This document shows positions 47,290-56,832 of a DNA stretch of 63,110 nucleotides, one piece after another (the first letter of the stretch is position 1; the number at the start of each line of letters is the position of its first letter). This DNA comes from Lachnospiraceae bacterium (GTDB taxonomy: Bacteria > Bacillota > Clostridia > Lachnospirales > Lachnospiraceae), in assembly GCA_017524595.1 (NCBI GenBank), contig JAFXVI010000010.1, forward strand, positions 1-63,110, read 5' to 3'. The notes under the pieces are model-generated. The model did not search any database. It saw only the letters and a program-made list of their open reading frames with translations, and was not told where the DNA came from. The translations under genes and the position numbers were made by a program.

Positions 47290-49446
47290 TTACCCCTTGA
47301 ATTCCAACACTATTGCGCTTCTTGGACCCATCGTATATTTAAGCGACTTAAGCTTCTGACGCTTTATCACTGGATCCGCATACGTATCCACAACCCTTAC
47401 CCATTTATCCAAGTCCCCTTTTACCTGCTTTGAAACACCGCAAGAATCCCCACCCGGTATATCCGGCAAGGTGATCTCAATAGGTTCCCAATATGAATTA
47501 AAGCAGGCATAAACTATATCGTCCTTACCGTTCTCTCTTCCTGCATACATAACGCCGACTTGCTTGCTCTCCCAATTATACTCATCCATCCACGGCTCAT
47601 AACCATGCGTACTGACAAATGGAAGATCTGTGCTGCATTTTTTCACATTACGGCGTATTACGGTATGCCTGTTCCTGAAAGCGATCATGAACTTAAACAG
47701 TTCAAATATATCCCTGTTCCTGTCCTTATCATTCCAGTCAAGCCACGATACCTCATTATCCTGACAATATGCGTTATTATTGCCATACTGCGTATTGCCA
47801 AATTCATCACCCGAAAAAAACATCGGTGTTCCCCGGCTCATCATAAGGGCAACACAGGCATTCATCACCATCCTGTGCCTTAACTTCTCTATTTCCTTAT
47901 CGTCGGTCCATCCTTCGGCTCCGCAGTTCCAGCTGTTATTATCATCGGCTCCATCCGTATTGTTCCAGCCGTTGGCTTCATTATGTTTCCTATTATACGA
48001 GTAAAGGTCATATAATGTAAAGCCGTCATGACAGGTTAAGAAATTGACCGATGCATTCCTGCTGCCTATGTCATCAGGGTACAGATCAGCAGACCCCGTA
48101 AGCCTAGTCGCTGCAAGGTGCGCCATACCGTCATCACCCTTAAGAAAACGCCGCATATCATCCCTGTACATACCGTTCCATTCAGAGAAACGGTTCCACG
48201 ACGGGAACTTACCTACCTGATATAAACCCGCCGCATCCCATGCTTCCGCAATAAGCTTCGTATCACCGAGCGCCGGGTCAAAAGCAAGGCTCTGTATTAG
48301 CGGCGGCTTGCTCATAGGTGAACCATCCTCATTACGTCCAAGTATAGCGGCAAGATCGAACCTGAATCCATCTACCCTGTAATGTATTGTCCAGTGCCTT
48401 AAGCATTCCCTGACAAGATGCTGCACGATCGGATGATTACAGTTAAGCGTATTGCCGCAGCCGCTGAAATTATAATACTTTCCGTCAGGGGTCAGCATAT
48501 AATAGATATTGTTGTCAAGGCCCTTGAACGAGAAGAACGGGCCGTTCTCATTACCCTCACCCGTATGATTGAGCACAACATCAAGAATGACTTCTATTCC
48601 ATTCTCATGCAGCGTTCTGATGAGCTCCTTTAACTCATTGCCTTCGTGATTGTACTTATCCTTTGTGGAATAAACGGTATTGGGTGCGAAAAAGCAGGTA
48701 GTGTTATAGCCCCAGCATTCATAAAGCTGCCTTCCGTCTATCTCCCTTGCATTATGCATCTCATTAAATTCAAATACAGGCATGAGCTCTATACAGTTAA
48801 CGCCAAGTTCCTTAAGATACGGTATCTTCTCCATTATGCCGTCAAAGGTACCGGGATTCTTTACGCCCGATGACTGATGTATCGTAAAATTCCTGACATG
48901 CAGCTCATAAATGACAAGATCCTGCATCTTTATATGCGGAGATTTCTCATCTCCCCAGTCAAAATCATTGTATACGACCCTTGCCTTAAAGAACTGCGCA
49001 TCATCCATTTTCTTTCCCCAGACACTCTGCGCAGCAACCGCACGGGCATATGGGTCGAGAATGAACCTGTCCTTGTTAAACAGCAGACCCTTATATTCAT
49101 CATACGGACCGTCAAAACAATATGCATATTCAATATCCTCAATGTCAAGATTGAACACAAACATTGAGAACACCTTGCCTATACGGTAATTATCCGGGTA
49201 CTTAAGCCTTACAAACGGCTTCTTGCTCCTGTGATTAAAAAGGCACAGCGTGCATGAAGTTGCATTCACCGAATAAACGGTAAAACTGACTCCGTCCCTT
49301 AAGATATTCGCTCCTACCCGGTCAAACAGACCCGGTCTTACGTCATACCCCTCTATTTTGTCGATCGGCGCCCACTTCTGCACCATTGCGCGATGTTGAT
49401 GATACACTTCTTTATCCTCGCCCTTTCTATTTCCGGCATGTCCCAT
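47290..49446 (-). CDS. glgX: Glycogen debranching enzyme GlgX / isoamylase-type GH13
   Basis: 718 aa. N-terminal CBM48-like region (GANILRDGVSFTVYS), GH13 regions (VILDVVLNHT, GFRFDLAAIL, IAEAWD, FLTCHDGF). The exact start is uncertain because several candidates have weak SDs. Confidence 0.85.
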   Translation of the reverse strand: MGHAGNRKGEDKEVYHQHRAMVQKWAPIDKIEGYDVRPGLFDRVGANILRDGVSFTVYSVNATSCTLCLFNHRSKKPFVRLKYPDNYRIGKVFSMFVFNLDIEDIEYAYCFDGPYDEYKGLLFNKDRFILDPYARAVAAQSVWGKKMDDAQFFKARVVYNDFDWGDEKSPHIKMQDLVIYELHVRNFTIHQSSGVKNPGTFDGIMEKIPYLKELGVNCIELMPVFEFNEMHNAREIDGRQLYECWGYNTTCFFAPNTVYSTKDKYNHEGNELKELIRTLHENGIEVILDVVLNHTGEGNENGPFFSFKGLDNNIYYMLTPDGKYYNFSGCGNTLNCNHPIVQHLVRECLRHWTIHYRVDGFRFDLAAILGRNEDGSPMSKPPLIQSLAFDPALGDTKLIAEAWDAAGLYQVGKFPSWNRFSEWNGMYRDDMRRFLKGDDGMAHLAATRLTGSADLYPDDIGSRNASVNFLTCHDGFTLYDLYSYNRKHNEANGWNNTDGADDNNSWNCGAEGWTDDKEIEKLRHRMVMNACVALMMSRGTPMFFSGDEFGNTQYGNNNAYCQDNEVSWLDWNDKDRNRDIFELFKFMIAFRNRHTVIRRNVKKCSTDLPFVSTHGYEPWMDEYNWESKQVGVMYAGRENGKDDIVYACFNSYWEPIEITLPDIPGGDSCGVSKQVKGDLDKWVRVVDTYADPVIKRQKLKSLKYTMGPRSAIVLEFKG

Positions 49447-49479
49447 ACTTCAGCTTCAATGCCTTCTTATATCCGGTTC

Positions 49480-50775
49480 CTACTCTCCTACAACCTGATT
49501 ACGTCCGTTCTCCTTGGCTTCATACAGACGTGTATCCGCAGCGTTTATGTTCTCATCCATGGATAATACCGGATTACCCTCTGTTACACCAAAAGACATT
49601 GTAACCGAATGGAACTGGCCATCATGTTCTACAAGACGCTCCCTTACCGCATCAAGTATCCTCTCGGTAGCAACCGTTGCCGACATACCGCTTACATTCT
49701 CATATACAAGCAGAAATTCCTCGCCGCCCCATCTGGCCGCAAAGCCGGTACCTCGCATATGCTCATTCAATGTCCTTGCCACTTCGATAAGTACCGCATC
49801 ACCACAGTCATGCCCAAACTGATCATTGAATTTTTTAAAGAAATCTATATCGCCTATAGCTACAGAATAAGGTATGCCCTTTGATATAAGGTCTTCCAGC
49901 TTATTGCCTCCATATCGTCTGTTATATATCCCGGTAAGCGCATCCCGTTCGATAAGCTTACGCAGAGAGCCCCGCAGCACATTTGTAAGTCTTCCCATTT
50001 CTCCCAGTTCATCCTGTCTTGAGATAACCGTGGGATCAAGTTCAGTGGAAAGATTCCCGTCAGCTATATCCGACAAAAACCTCATTATCTTCTTGATGAT
50101 GGATATTATACCGGAAGTAAAGTGCATGATGAACCATGCGGTTATAAACATCGCAAGGAGCATGATCAGGATATTCCGAAGCACTGATGCACGGATCATC
50201 TTTGATACTCCTTCCGCCGGGGTTGCCGTTCCGATCATACCAAGACATGTAAGCCCGTCCTTGCTCATGATCGGCATATAATATGCGAAATATCTGTTGT
50301 CACCTATGAGCACATTGTTATAAAAACTGGGTGTACGGCCTTCCACAACCGTCTTTAATATCGTTACATTGGCGCCCTTATTTTCAAAACGCTCACCTTG
50401 TGCATCAGTGATGGTCGTAAGGACTCTGGTATCATAGAAGAACATGGATATGTCAACATCCGTTGCTTCCTTTATACTGTCAAGAAGTGTGTAATCATTG
50501 CTCAGATATGCATCGCCCTTATAAAACTCCACTCTTCCGTCCACTATTATAACATTATAATCACCCGCATAACCGGCATCATATGCAGACAGCACGGCTA
50601 TACCGACATTTCTTAAGTTATCACTGACCTCGCTCCTTATATTGACGCTCTGTGTATAAGAGCTGTATATCATCAGGACAATTCCGAAAATGAACAGCGG
50701 CAGCAGCGTTATATACAGAAAAGTACCATACAGGCTGCGCGAACCTCTGATCTGTTTGATATGGACTAACTTCAT
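49480..50775 (-). CDS. Diguanylate cyclase with extracytoplasmic Cache-like sensor and HAMP
   Basis: 431 aa from ATG 50775 (GAAGAGG upstream). TM, a ~170-aa sensor, TM, HAMP, then DALTGIYNRRY...GDIDFFKKFNDQFGHDCGD...RWGGEEF. Confidence 0.85.
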   Translation of the reverse strand: MKLVHIKQIRGSRSLYGTFLYITLLPLFIFGIVLMIYSSYTQSVNIRSEVSDNLRNVGIAVLSAYDAGYAGDYNVIIVDGRVEFYKGDAYLSNDYTLLDSIKEATDVDISMFFYDTRVLTTITDAQGERFENKGANVTILKTVVEGRTPSFYNNVLIGDNRYFAYYMPIMSKDGLTCLGMIGTATPAEGVSKMIRASVLRNILIMLLAMFITAWFIMHFTSGIISIIKKIMRFLSDIADGNLSTELDPTVISRQDELGEMGRLTNVLRGSLRKLIERDALTGIYNRRYGGNKLEDLISKGIPYSVAIGDIDFFKKFNDQFGHDCGDAVLIEVARTLNEHMRGTGFAARWGGEEFLLVYENVSGMSATVATERILDAVRERLVEHDGQFHSVTMSFGVTEGNPVLSMDENINAADTRLYEAKENGRNQVVGE

Positions 50776-50957
50776 GGTAAACCTCTTCAGATTATTATCT
50801 GAAATAGTATACCACATTTACGGCTAAAAAAGCCACTTATTTACAATAGAAACCGCAAAAAAGACTATTGATTTTGACTTATGCGAATATTGCTTTTAAA
50901 TACAATTGTAAGTATACTTTAGATAACTGTACAGAATAACGACGCGGAAACAGACTC

Positions 50958-51521
50958 ATGGATAACCTGACAAATTCTGAAAAAAAAGTACGTGTGTTGC
51001 TGTTGGCAGCTCTTACCTGCGTAGCAACCATGATAGTCAAGCTGCCCATTCCCGGAAACGGATATGTTAATCTCGGGGACGGATTTATGCTGGCTTGCGG
51101 AATGATCCTAGGACCCCTGCCGGGTGCTTTGGCGGCAGGTACGGGTTCAGCGCTCGCTGATCTTATCAACGGATACTCATATATCGCTCCCGCCACCTTC
51201 GTTATAAAAGCGCTCTCGGCTACAGTGGCTGCGTTTGTTTACAGGATACTTGCCCGCAAATATGTGATCGCCCGTTATTCATATATGGATGTATCAATAG
51301 CAGGCGCGGCAGGTGAACTTTTTATGATCATCGGATATTATGCTTATGATGTTTTTCGCATAATATACGGCAGCGACCGTTTGAGCCGGACAATACTGTC
51401 ACAGGCTTCCCGTACCGCTGCCGTTTCACTTCCATATAATCTGCTTCAGGCCGCCATCGGCGTGACCATTACCGCTGTTGCGACTCCGCTGTTAGCAAAA
51501 CTGCTCATCCGCGGAAAATGA
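50958..51521 (+). CDS. ECF-transporter S-component-like membrane protein (substrate unknown)
   Basis: 187 aa with 5-6 TM segments. VATMIVKLPIPGNGYVNLGDGFMLACGMILGP resembles solitary ECF substrate-capture subunits. No EcfT/EcfA genes are adjacent. Confidence 0.55.
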   Translation: MDNLTNSEKKVRVLLLAALTCVATMIVKLPIPGNGYVNLGDGFMLACGMILGPLPGALAAGTGSALADLINGYSYIAPATFVIKALSATVAAFVYRILARKYVIARYSYMDVSIAGAAGELFMIIGYYAYDVFRIIYGSDRLSRTILSQASRTAAVSLPYNLLQAAIGVTITAVATPLLAKLLIRGK

Positions 51522-51567
51522 TAACATACCACCGGCTGACCGCAAACACGGATTTGCACAAAAACAC

Positions 51568-54144
51568 TTAAGATGCGATAAGCTCTCCACCATTTAAATC
51601 TATAGTGATCGTGTCGCCCTCACCCACGTTTCCTGCCAGAATAAGCTTGGCACTCAGTGTTTCAACTGTTTTCGTAAGATACCGCTTAAGCGGTCTTGCA
51701 CCGTATACCGGATCATAACCGTTATCAGCTATATGCTGCCTTGCCGCGTCAGTCAGCTTTATCGTGAGATTCCTGTCTGAAAGCCGCTTATTCAGATCAT
51801 CTATCAGCAGTTCTATTATCCCGCCTATGTTATCCCTGGTCAGTGGCTTAAACATTATGGTCTCATCCAGACGGTTAAGAAACTCCGGTCTGAAGTGCGT
51901 GCGCAGGTCATTTAAGACAAGCTTTTCACATTCAGGACGTATCTCTCCGTTTTCATCTATACCGTCAAGCAGATACTCCGAACCGATATTGCTGGTCATG
52001 ATAAGGATCGTGTTTTTAAAATCAACTGTCCTGCCCTGCGAATCAGTGATACGCCCGTCATCAAGCACCTGAAGAAGCACGTTGAAAACGTCCGGATGTG
52101 CCTTTTCGATCTCATCGAACAGAACAACCGAATACGGTTTACGCCTTACCGCCTCGGTAAGCTGCCCACCCTCTTCATAACCGACATATCCGGGAGGCGC
52201 TCCGATAAGGCGGGATACAGAGAATTTCTCCATATACTCGGACATATCAATACGCACCATATTGTTTTCGTCATCAAACAGGCTCTGTGCCAAAGACTTG
52301 GCAAGTTCTGTCTTACCTACGCCGGTAGGACCAAGGAACAGGAACGAACCGATCGGTTTGGTAGGATCTTTTATGCCCGCCTTGCTCCTTATTATCGCCT
52401 CGGATACCTTGGTTACAGCCTCATCCTGTCCGATCACGCGTTTATGCAGCTCGTCATCAAGATGCAGTGTCTTGGAACGCTCGGATTCCGTCAGCTTGGC
52501 AACGGGTATCCCTGTCCAGCGTGATATGATCCTTGCGATCTCCTCATCAGATACATTTTCATGAACCAGTGAACCGTCGCCTGATTTTACCTGTTTTTCT
52601 TCAGTTTCAAGCGTACTCTTAAGACGCGGGATTATATCATACTGCAATTCACCGGCGCGGGTATAATCACCCTTGCGCTGTGCTATAGCCAGCTCATTTC
52701 CGGCATCCTCTATCTCCTGTCGCAATTCCTGAAGCTTCTCTACGGATCTCTTCTCATTTTCCCACTGAGCCATCCGGTTACTGAGCTCCTCTGTTTTCTC
52801 GGCAAGCTCCTTACTGAGTGCTTCCAGTCGTTCTTGGCTCAACCGGTCACTCTCCTTTTTCAGAGCTTCTGTCTCGATCTTGAGCTGAGTTACCTTACGG
52901 TTTAACTCGTCGAGTTCAGCAGGCATCGAATTAAGTTCTGTCTTTATAAGAGCACACGCCTCATCCACCAGATCGATAGCTTTATCCGGCAGGAACCTGT
53001 CAGATATATACCTGTGAGAGAGCACTGCCGCCGATACCAACGCTGAATCCGTTATCTTAACATGATGGAAGTTCTCATATCTCTCCTTAAGTCCGCGCAA
53101 TATCGATATCGTCTCTTCCACCGATGGCTCATCAACCGTTACCGGCTGAAAGCGGCGTTCCAAAGCGGCATCCTTCTCAATATACTGACGGTATTCATCC
53201 AGTGTGGTCGCACCTATACAGTGAAGCTCACCCCGGGCAAGCATGGGCTTTAACATATTGCCCGCATCCATGGCTCCGTCTGTCTTGCCCGCGCCGACTA
53301 TCAGATGAAGCTCATCTATGAACAGGATTATCTCTCCGTCCGACTGCCTGACATCCTCAAGTACAGCCTTAAGTCTTTCCTCGAACTCTCCCCTGTACTT
53401 AGCTCCGGCAACAAGGGCTCCCATATCAAGCGAGAATATCTTCTTATCCTTAAGATTTTCCGGTACGTCTCCGCCTGCTATACGCTGGGCAAGACCCTCG
53501 ACAACCGCTGTCTTGCCGACACCGGGCTCACCGATCAGCACAGGATTATTCTTGGTCTTCCGTGACAGTATCCTTATCACATTTCTTATCTCGTCATCTC
53601 TTCCGATAACGGGATCCATCTTCTGATTCCTGGCTTTCTCCACAAGTTCGACACCGTATTTCTCCAGCGTATCGTAAGTAGCTTCAGGATTATCGCTGCT
53701 TACCCTCTGATTGCCCCTGACCGCCTGCAGCGCCTGAAGAAAACGCTCTCTGGTTATGCCGAATTCGGTAAACAGAGCCTTTATTTCCTTATCGGGATGC
53801 GCAATGAGCGACAACATTATGTGCTCAACCGATACATACTCATCGCCAAACACCTTAAGTTCCTTCTCAGCCGACAGTACAGCATCGTTCAGATGCTGGC
53901 TCCAGTAACGCTTCCCGCCCTGGACCTTGGGACGTCCGTCTATTATCTTCTGTACCGAATTTTTAAAATAGGGGAGGTTTATTTCCATCTTCTCTATCAT
54001 CTTGGGAATAAGCCCGTCATCCTGCGACAACAGCGCATACAAAAGATGCGCCTGTACCATCTCCTGATTACCGTTATCCATCGCTATCTGTTCGATGTCA
54101 TTTAATGCCTCACGGCTCTTCTGCGTAAATAAATTGATATCCAT
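51568..54144 (-). CDS. clpB: ATP-dependent chaperone ClpB
   Basis: 858 aa. Two AAA+ modules (GEPGVGKTA and GPTGVGKTE) separated by the long coiled-coil M-domain. Confidence 0.95.
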   Translation of the reverse strand: MDINLFTQKSREALNDIEQIAMDNGNQEMVQAHLLYALLSQDDGLIPKMIEKMEINLPYFKNSVQKIIDGRPKVQGGKRYWSQHLNDAVLSAEKELKVFGDEYVSVEHIMLSLIAHPDKEIKALFTEFGITRERFLQALQAVRGNQRVSSDNPEATYDTLEKYGVELVEKARNQKMDPVIGRDDEIRNVIRILSRKTKNNPVLIGEPGVGKTAVVEGLAQRIAGGDVPENLKDKKIFSLDMGALVAGAKYRGEFEERLKAVLEDVRQSDGEIILFIDELHLIVGAGKTDGAMDAGNMLKPMLARGELHCIGATTLDEYRQYIEKDAALERRFQPVTVDEPSVEETISILRGLKERYENFHHVKITDSALVSAAVLSHRYISDRFLPDKAIDLVDEACALIKTELNSMPAELDELNRKVTQLKIETEALKKESDRLSQERLEALSKELAEKTEELSNRMAQWENEKRSVEKLQELRQEIEDAGNELAIAQRKGDYTRAGELQYDIIPRLKSTLETEEKQVKSGDGSLVHENVSDEEIARIISRWTGIPVAKLTESERSKTLHLDDELHKRVIGQDEAVTKVSEAIIRSKAGIKDPTKPIGSFLFLGPTGVGKTELAKSLAQSLFDDENNMVRIDMSEYMEKFSVSRLIGAPPGYVGYEEGGQLTEAVRRKPYSVVLFDEIEKAHPDVFNVLLQVLDDGRITDSQGRTVDFKNTILIMTSNIGSEYLLDGIDENGEIRPECEKLVLNDLRTHFRPEFLNRLDETIMFKPLTRDNIGGIIELLIDDLNKRLSDRNLTIKLTDAARQHIADNGYDPVYGARPLKRYLTKTVETLSAKLILAGNVGEGDTITIDLNGGELIAS

Positions 54145-54166
54145 AAAACCTCACCTCTGCTTTCGT

Positions 54167-54206
54167 AAATAAAATCAAAAATCAGGAAGTCTTATGACCT
54201 CCTGAT
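54167..54206 (-). terminator. Terminator-like hairpin + U-tract inside the clpB leader
   Basis: Minus strand: AUCAGGAGGUC-AUAA-GACUUCCUGAU (11 bp including one G-U) followed by UUUUUGAUUUUAUUU. It lies between the CIRCE promoter and the clpB SD (GAGGTGAGG). Confidence 0.5.
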
Positions 54207-54209
54207 AAT

Positions 54210-54238
54210 GTTATATCACAATTATTAGCACTCGTCAA
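54210..54238 (-). promoter_or_regulatory. sigma-A-type promoter of clpB overlapping CIRCE
   Basis: Minus strand: TTGACG (54238-54233, inside the CIRCE spacer), 17 nt spacer, TATAAC (54215-54210). Confidence 0.5.
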
Positions 54239-54251
54239 TAGTGAGTGCTAA
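54225..54251 (-). promoter_or_regulatory. CIRCE operator (HrcA binding site) upstream of clpB
   Basis: TTAGCACTC-gtcaatagt-GAGTGCTAA, a perfect 9-N9-9 match to the CIRCE consensus. Confidence 0.85.
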
Positions 54252-54270
54252 TAATACTTGTCTATTTTTT

Positions 54271-55746
54271 CTACAGATCCTCTGCCGTGATCTCCATCAG
54301 CGCGCTGTTTGCACTCTCATTGTCTTCGTTTATTTCATAAACAAGGCGGTTGGCCTGATTGGATATGACCTGCTCAAAGTAATTACGAACGGATCTGGCA
54401 TTGCCGAAGTTGGCCCCTTCGTAATACCGAAGCTGTGAAATACGGTTTAAAATATATGGGCGAAGCTCCGGATTTACCGAATAATCCTGTTCCCTGCATC
54501 TTGCCAGAAATATCTCCGTAAGTTCCTCGTCATTATAATCTTCAAAATAAATGTATTTATTGAATCGTGACTTTAAACCCGGATTGGAACCTATAAACCT
54601 CTCCATGAGATCCGGATAACCTGCAACTATCACAACCAGCCTGTCACGGTTGTCCTCCATCAGCTTTAAGAGCGTATCAATGGCTTCCTGGCCGTAATCC
54701 CCTTCTCTGGCGCTTACCAGGGCATACGCCTCGTCTATAAACAGAACTCCGTCAAGCGCCGAGTCTACCACCTCATGTACCTTCTGTGCCGTCTGACCCA
54801 TATAACCCGCCACAAGCCCGGAACGATCGGTTTCTACAAGATGGCCCTTCTTAAGAATCCCAAGAGAATAATAAGCCTGGGCTATCTTACGGGCTATTGT
54901 TGTCTTGCCGGTTCCCGGATTACCGGTAAAAACCATATGGCGTGATATGTCGGTTGCCTTCAGCCCTCGCTGCTCCCTGAGTTTTTGCACCATCATAAGG
55001 TTTACCATGTCATGGACTTCCTTCTTGACAGAATGCAGTCCTATAAGAGAATCAACCTCCGTCAGTATATCTCTTACGTCCTTCTTGGCTTCATTACTCT
55101 CATGAGAAAACAGCGTTGCATTCTCTATCTCCACCTGTTCCCGCAATGTAAGTTTCCGGCCTTCTTTATCTGCGGGTTCTGAAGATTTATTTAGTTCACC
55201 GACAGACGGAACCGGGATGACGCTGCTCTTGTACACAGTATCTCCGTTAGCCAGTTCATCATTCTCCTCTATCTGTCCAATATATTGGATACATAGATTG
55301 GAAAAATGCTGGAGTAACATTACAGGGTACTGAAGTCTCATACAGTCACAGTTAATAACAAGATTTCCTATAAGCACGAAAGTATCCACTATCTCACGGG
55401 AACTGACAAGATAACACTTGCCTCCCATATTGGCGTCTTTTTCGGCATGGGCTATTATCTGAAGGCTCTTCGGAACATGTCGCAATATACTGTCCTCGCC
55501 TATTATGTTATCACCGAAATTCTTCTTTAAGATATCTTCATCGACAAGTATCTGGAAAATGACATTGATCGTCATGCTTTCGGTGACCGATACCGCACCG
55601 TCACAGCGTGCCAGAAAATAGGCAAGGTTCAGTGCTTCGTCCCTGAACATATTATACAGCGTATCGCCGTCCTTCTTATTTACTTCCTCCCCGTACATCG
55701 TACAGATGTCACGGCATTTCTTCAATGCTGCAAATGCGGCATTCAT
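54271..55746 (-). CDS. AAA+ ATPase of the SpoVK/CbbX/EccA type with an unassigned ~230-aa N-terminal domain
   Basis: 491 aa. HMVFTGNPGTGKTTIARKIA (Walker A), GVLFIDEAYAL (Walker B), LVVIVAGYPDLM. The N-terminal part (LAYFLARCDGAVSVTES) is faintly TerB-like. Confidence 0.8.
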   Translation of the reverse strand: MNAAFAALKKCRDICTMYGEEVNKKDGDTLYNMFRDEALNLAYFLARCDGAVSVTESMTINVIFQILVDEDILKKNFGDNIIGEDSILRHVPKSLQIIAHAEKDANMGGKCYLVSSREIVDTFVLIGNLVINCDCMRLQYPVMLLQHFSNLCIQYIGQIEENDELANGDTVYKSSVIPVPSVGELNKSSEPADKEGRKLTLREQVEIENATLFSHESNEAKKDVRDILTEVDSLIGLHSVKKEVHDMVNLMMVQKLREQRGLKATDISRHMVFTGNPGTGKTTIARKIAQAYYSLGILKKGHLVETDRSGLVAGYMGQTAQKVHEVVDSALDGVLFIDEAYALVSAREGDYGQEAIDTLLKLMEDNRDRLVVIVAGYPDLMERFIGSNPGLKSRFNKYIYFEDYNDEELTEIFLARCREQDYSVNPELRPYILNRISQLRYYEGANFGNARSVRNYFEQVISNQANRLVYEINEDNESANSALMEITAEDL

Positions 55747-55764
55747 CCCGAACCTCCAATAAAG

Positions 55765-56706
55765 TCACTTATTTAACGCAAGATGATATCTGTGCATTTC
55801 CGTACCGTTTATTACTGTATTTTCCATATATTCAAATCCGATTAGTTTACATAACTTAACAGATGGTATATTCTCAGGATAAACAAAACAGTTAAGTCCT
55901 TTCATCCCAAGCACTTTTCCTGCATAGTCAACGATCGCCCTGCATGCCTCGGCTGCATAGCCCCTTCTCTGGCGCTCCTTCTCTATCACATACCCAAGTT
56001 CAGCCTCATCAAACCCTTCGCGGCCGGTGATCCCTGCGCGACCAACTATCCTTCCGGTGTCCTTCTCAACAACCAGCCACAGTCCATACCCGCAGAACTC
56101 GTACATGTTCTTTATATATTCCTTAGTATACTCAATTTCCTGCTGCTTATCTTCATACAGCGGTTCGGTATACCGGGTTATGCCCTCGCCTGCATAAATC
56201 TCATACAGCCTGTCCACATCTTCCGGAGTCATTTCGCGAAGCAACAGTCTTTCAGTGGTAAGAACAGTCCATGGAAGGCGATTAAACCTCTGATGCATTT
56301 TTATAAAAAAATCCGCATTTATCTCATCAAATCCCTGGATAATGCACTGTGGACCCCTATCGCCATCTGTCGTATAAGGAATATCCCTTACATCTGTATC
56401 ATAGAATACATAACCTGTTTTATACTGCACGGCAAGATCTATCCCCTCCATACAATCGGTCAGAAAATACGAGCACTTCCTGTTATCATCGCTTAATGCT
56501 TCCCGCAGCTTCTGCTCATCAAGCACAAGCATATGCCCTGACTTCCCATCGCCCGCTTCCGTATCATTACCTGACACTACTATCGGAACTAGTTCAATAC
56601 CGCTTAACTTAACATCAGCAAGAGTACGATCCAGATATGGATATGCGATATCTTTCAAGGCCAGGATAAGATATCTCAAACAGATATCCTTGGTCAATGT
56701 TCCCAT
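55765..56706 (-). CDS. GNAT-family N-acetyltransferase (RimJ/RimL-like C-domain) with an unknown N-terminal domain
   Basis: 313 aa. The C-terminal 170 aa carry the acetyl-CoA-binding core (GYVIEKERQRRGYAAEA). I do not recognise the N-terminal 145 aa. Confidence 0.7.
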   Translation of the reverse strand: MGTLTKDICLRYLILALKDIAYPYLDRTLADVKLSGIELVPIVVSGNDTEAGDGKSGHMLVLDEQKLREALSDDNRKCSYFLTDCMEGIDLAVQYKTGYVFYDTDVRDIPYTTDGDRGPQCIIQGFDEINADFFIKMHQRFNRLPWTVLTTERLLLREMTPEDVDRLYEIYAGEGITRYTEPLYEDKQQEIEYTKEYIKNMYEFCGYGLWLVVEKDTGRIVGRAGITGREGFDEAELGYVIEKERQRRGYAAEACRAIVDYAGKVLGMKGLNCFVYPENIPSVKLCKLIGFEYMENTVINGTEMHRYHLALNK

Positions 56707-56832
56707 GAATCCCTCCGGGCTGATCCTATAAATACGCGCAGATAGATATAATGATTATACAACAGCGGTATGGTTCTGTCACATACTTTATGATATACTT
56801 ATCATATATTAAACCGATGATTGGAGAGTATT

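Noticed and set aside
50818-50957. Possible vitamin or queuosine-precursor riboswitch upstream of the solitary ECF S-component gene.
   Set aside because: A TTGACT-17-TAAATA promoter leaves only a ~70-nt leader. I found no preQ1, THI-box, FMN or THF signature in it.
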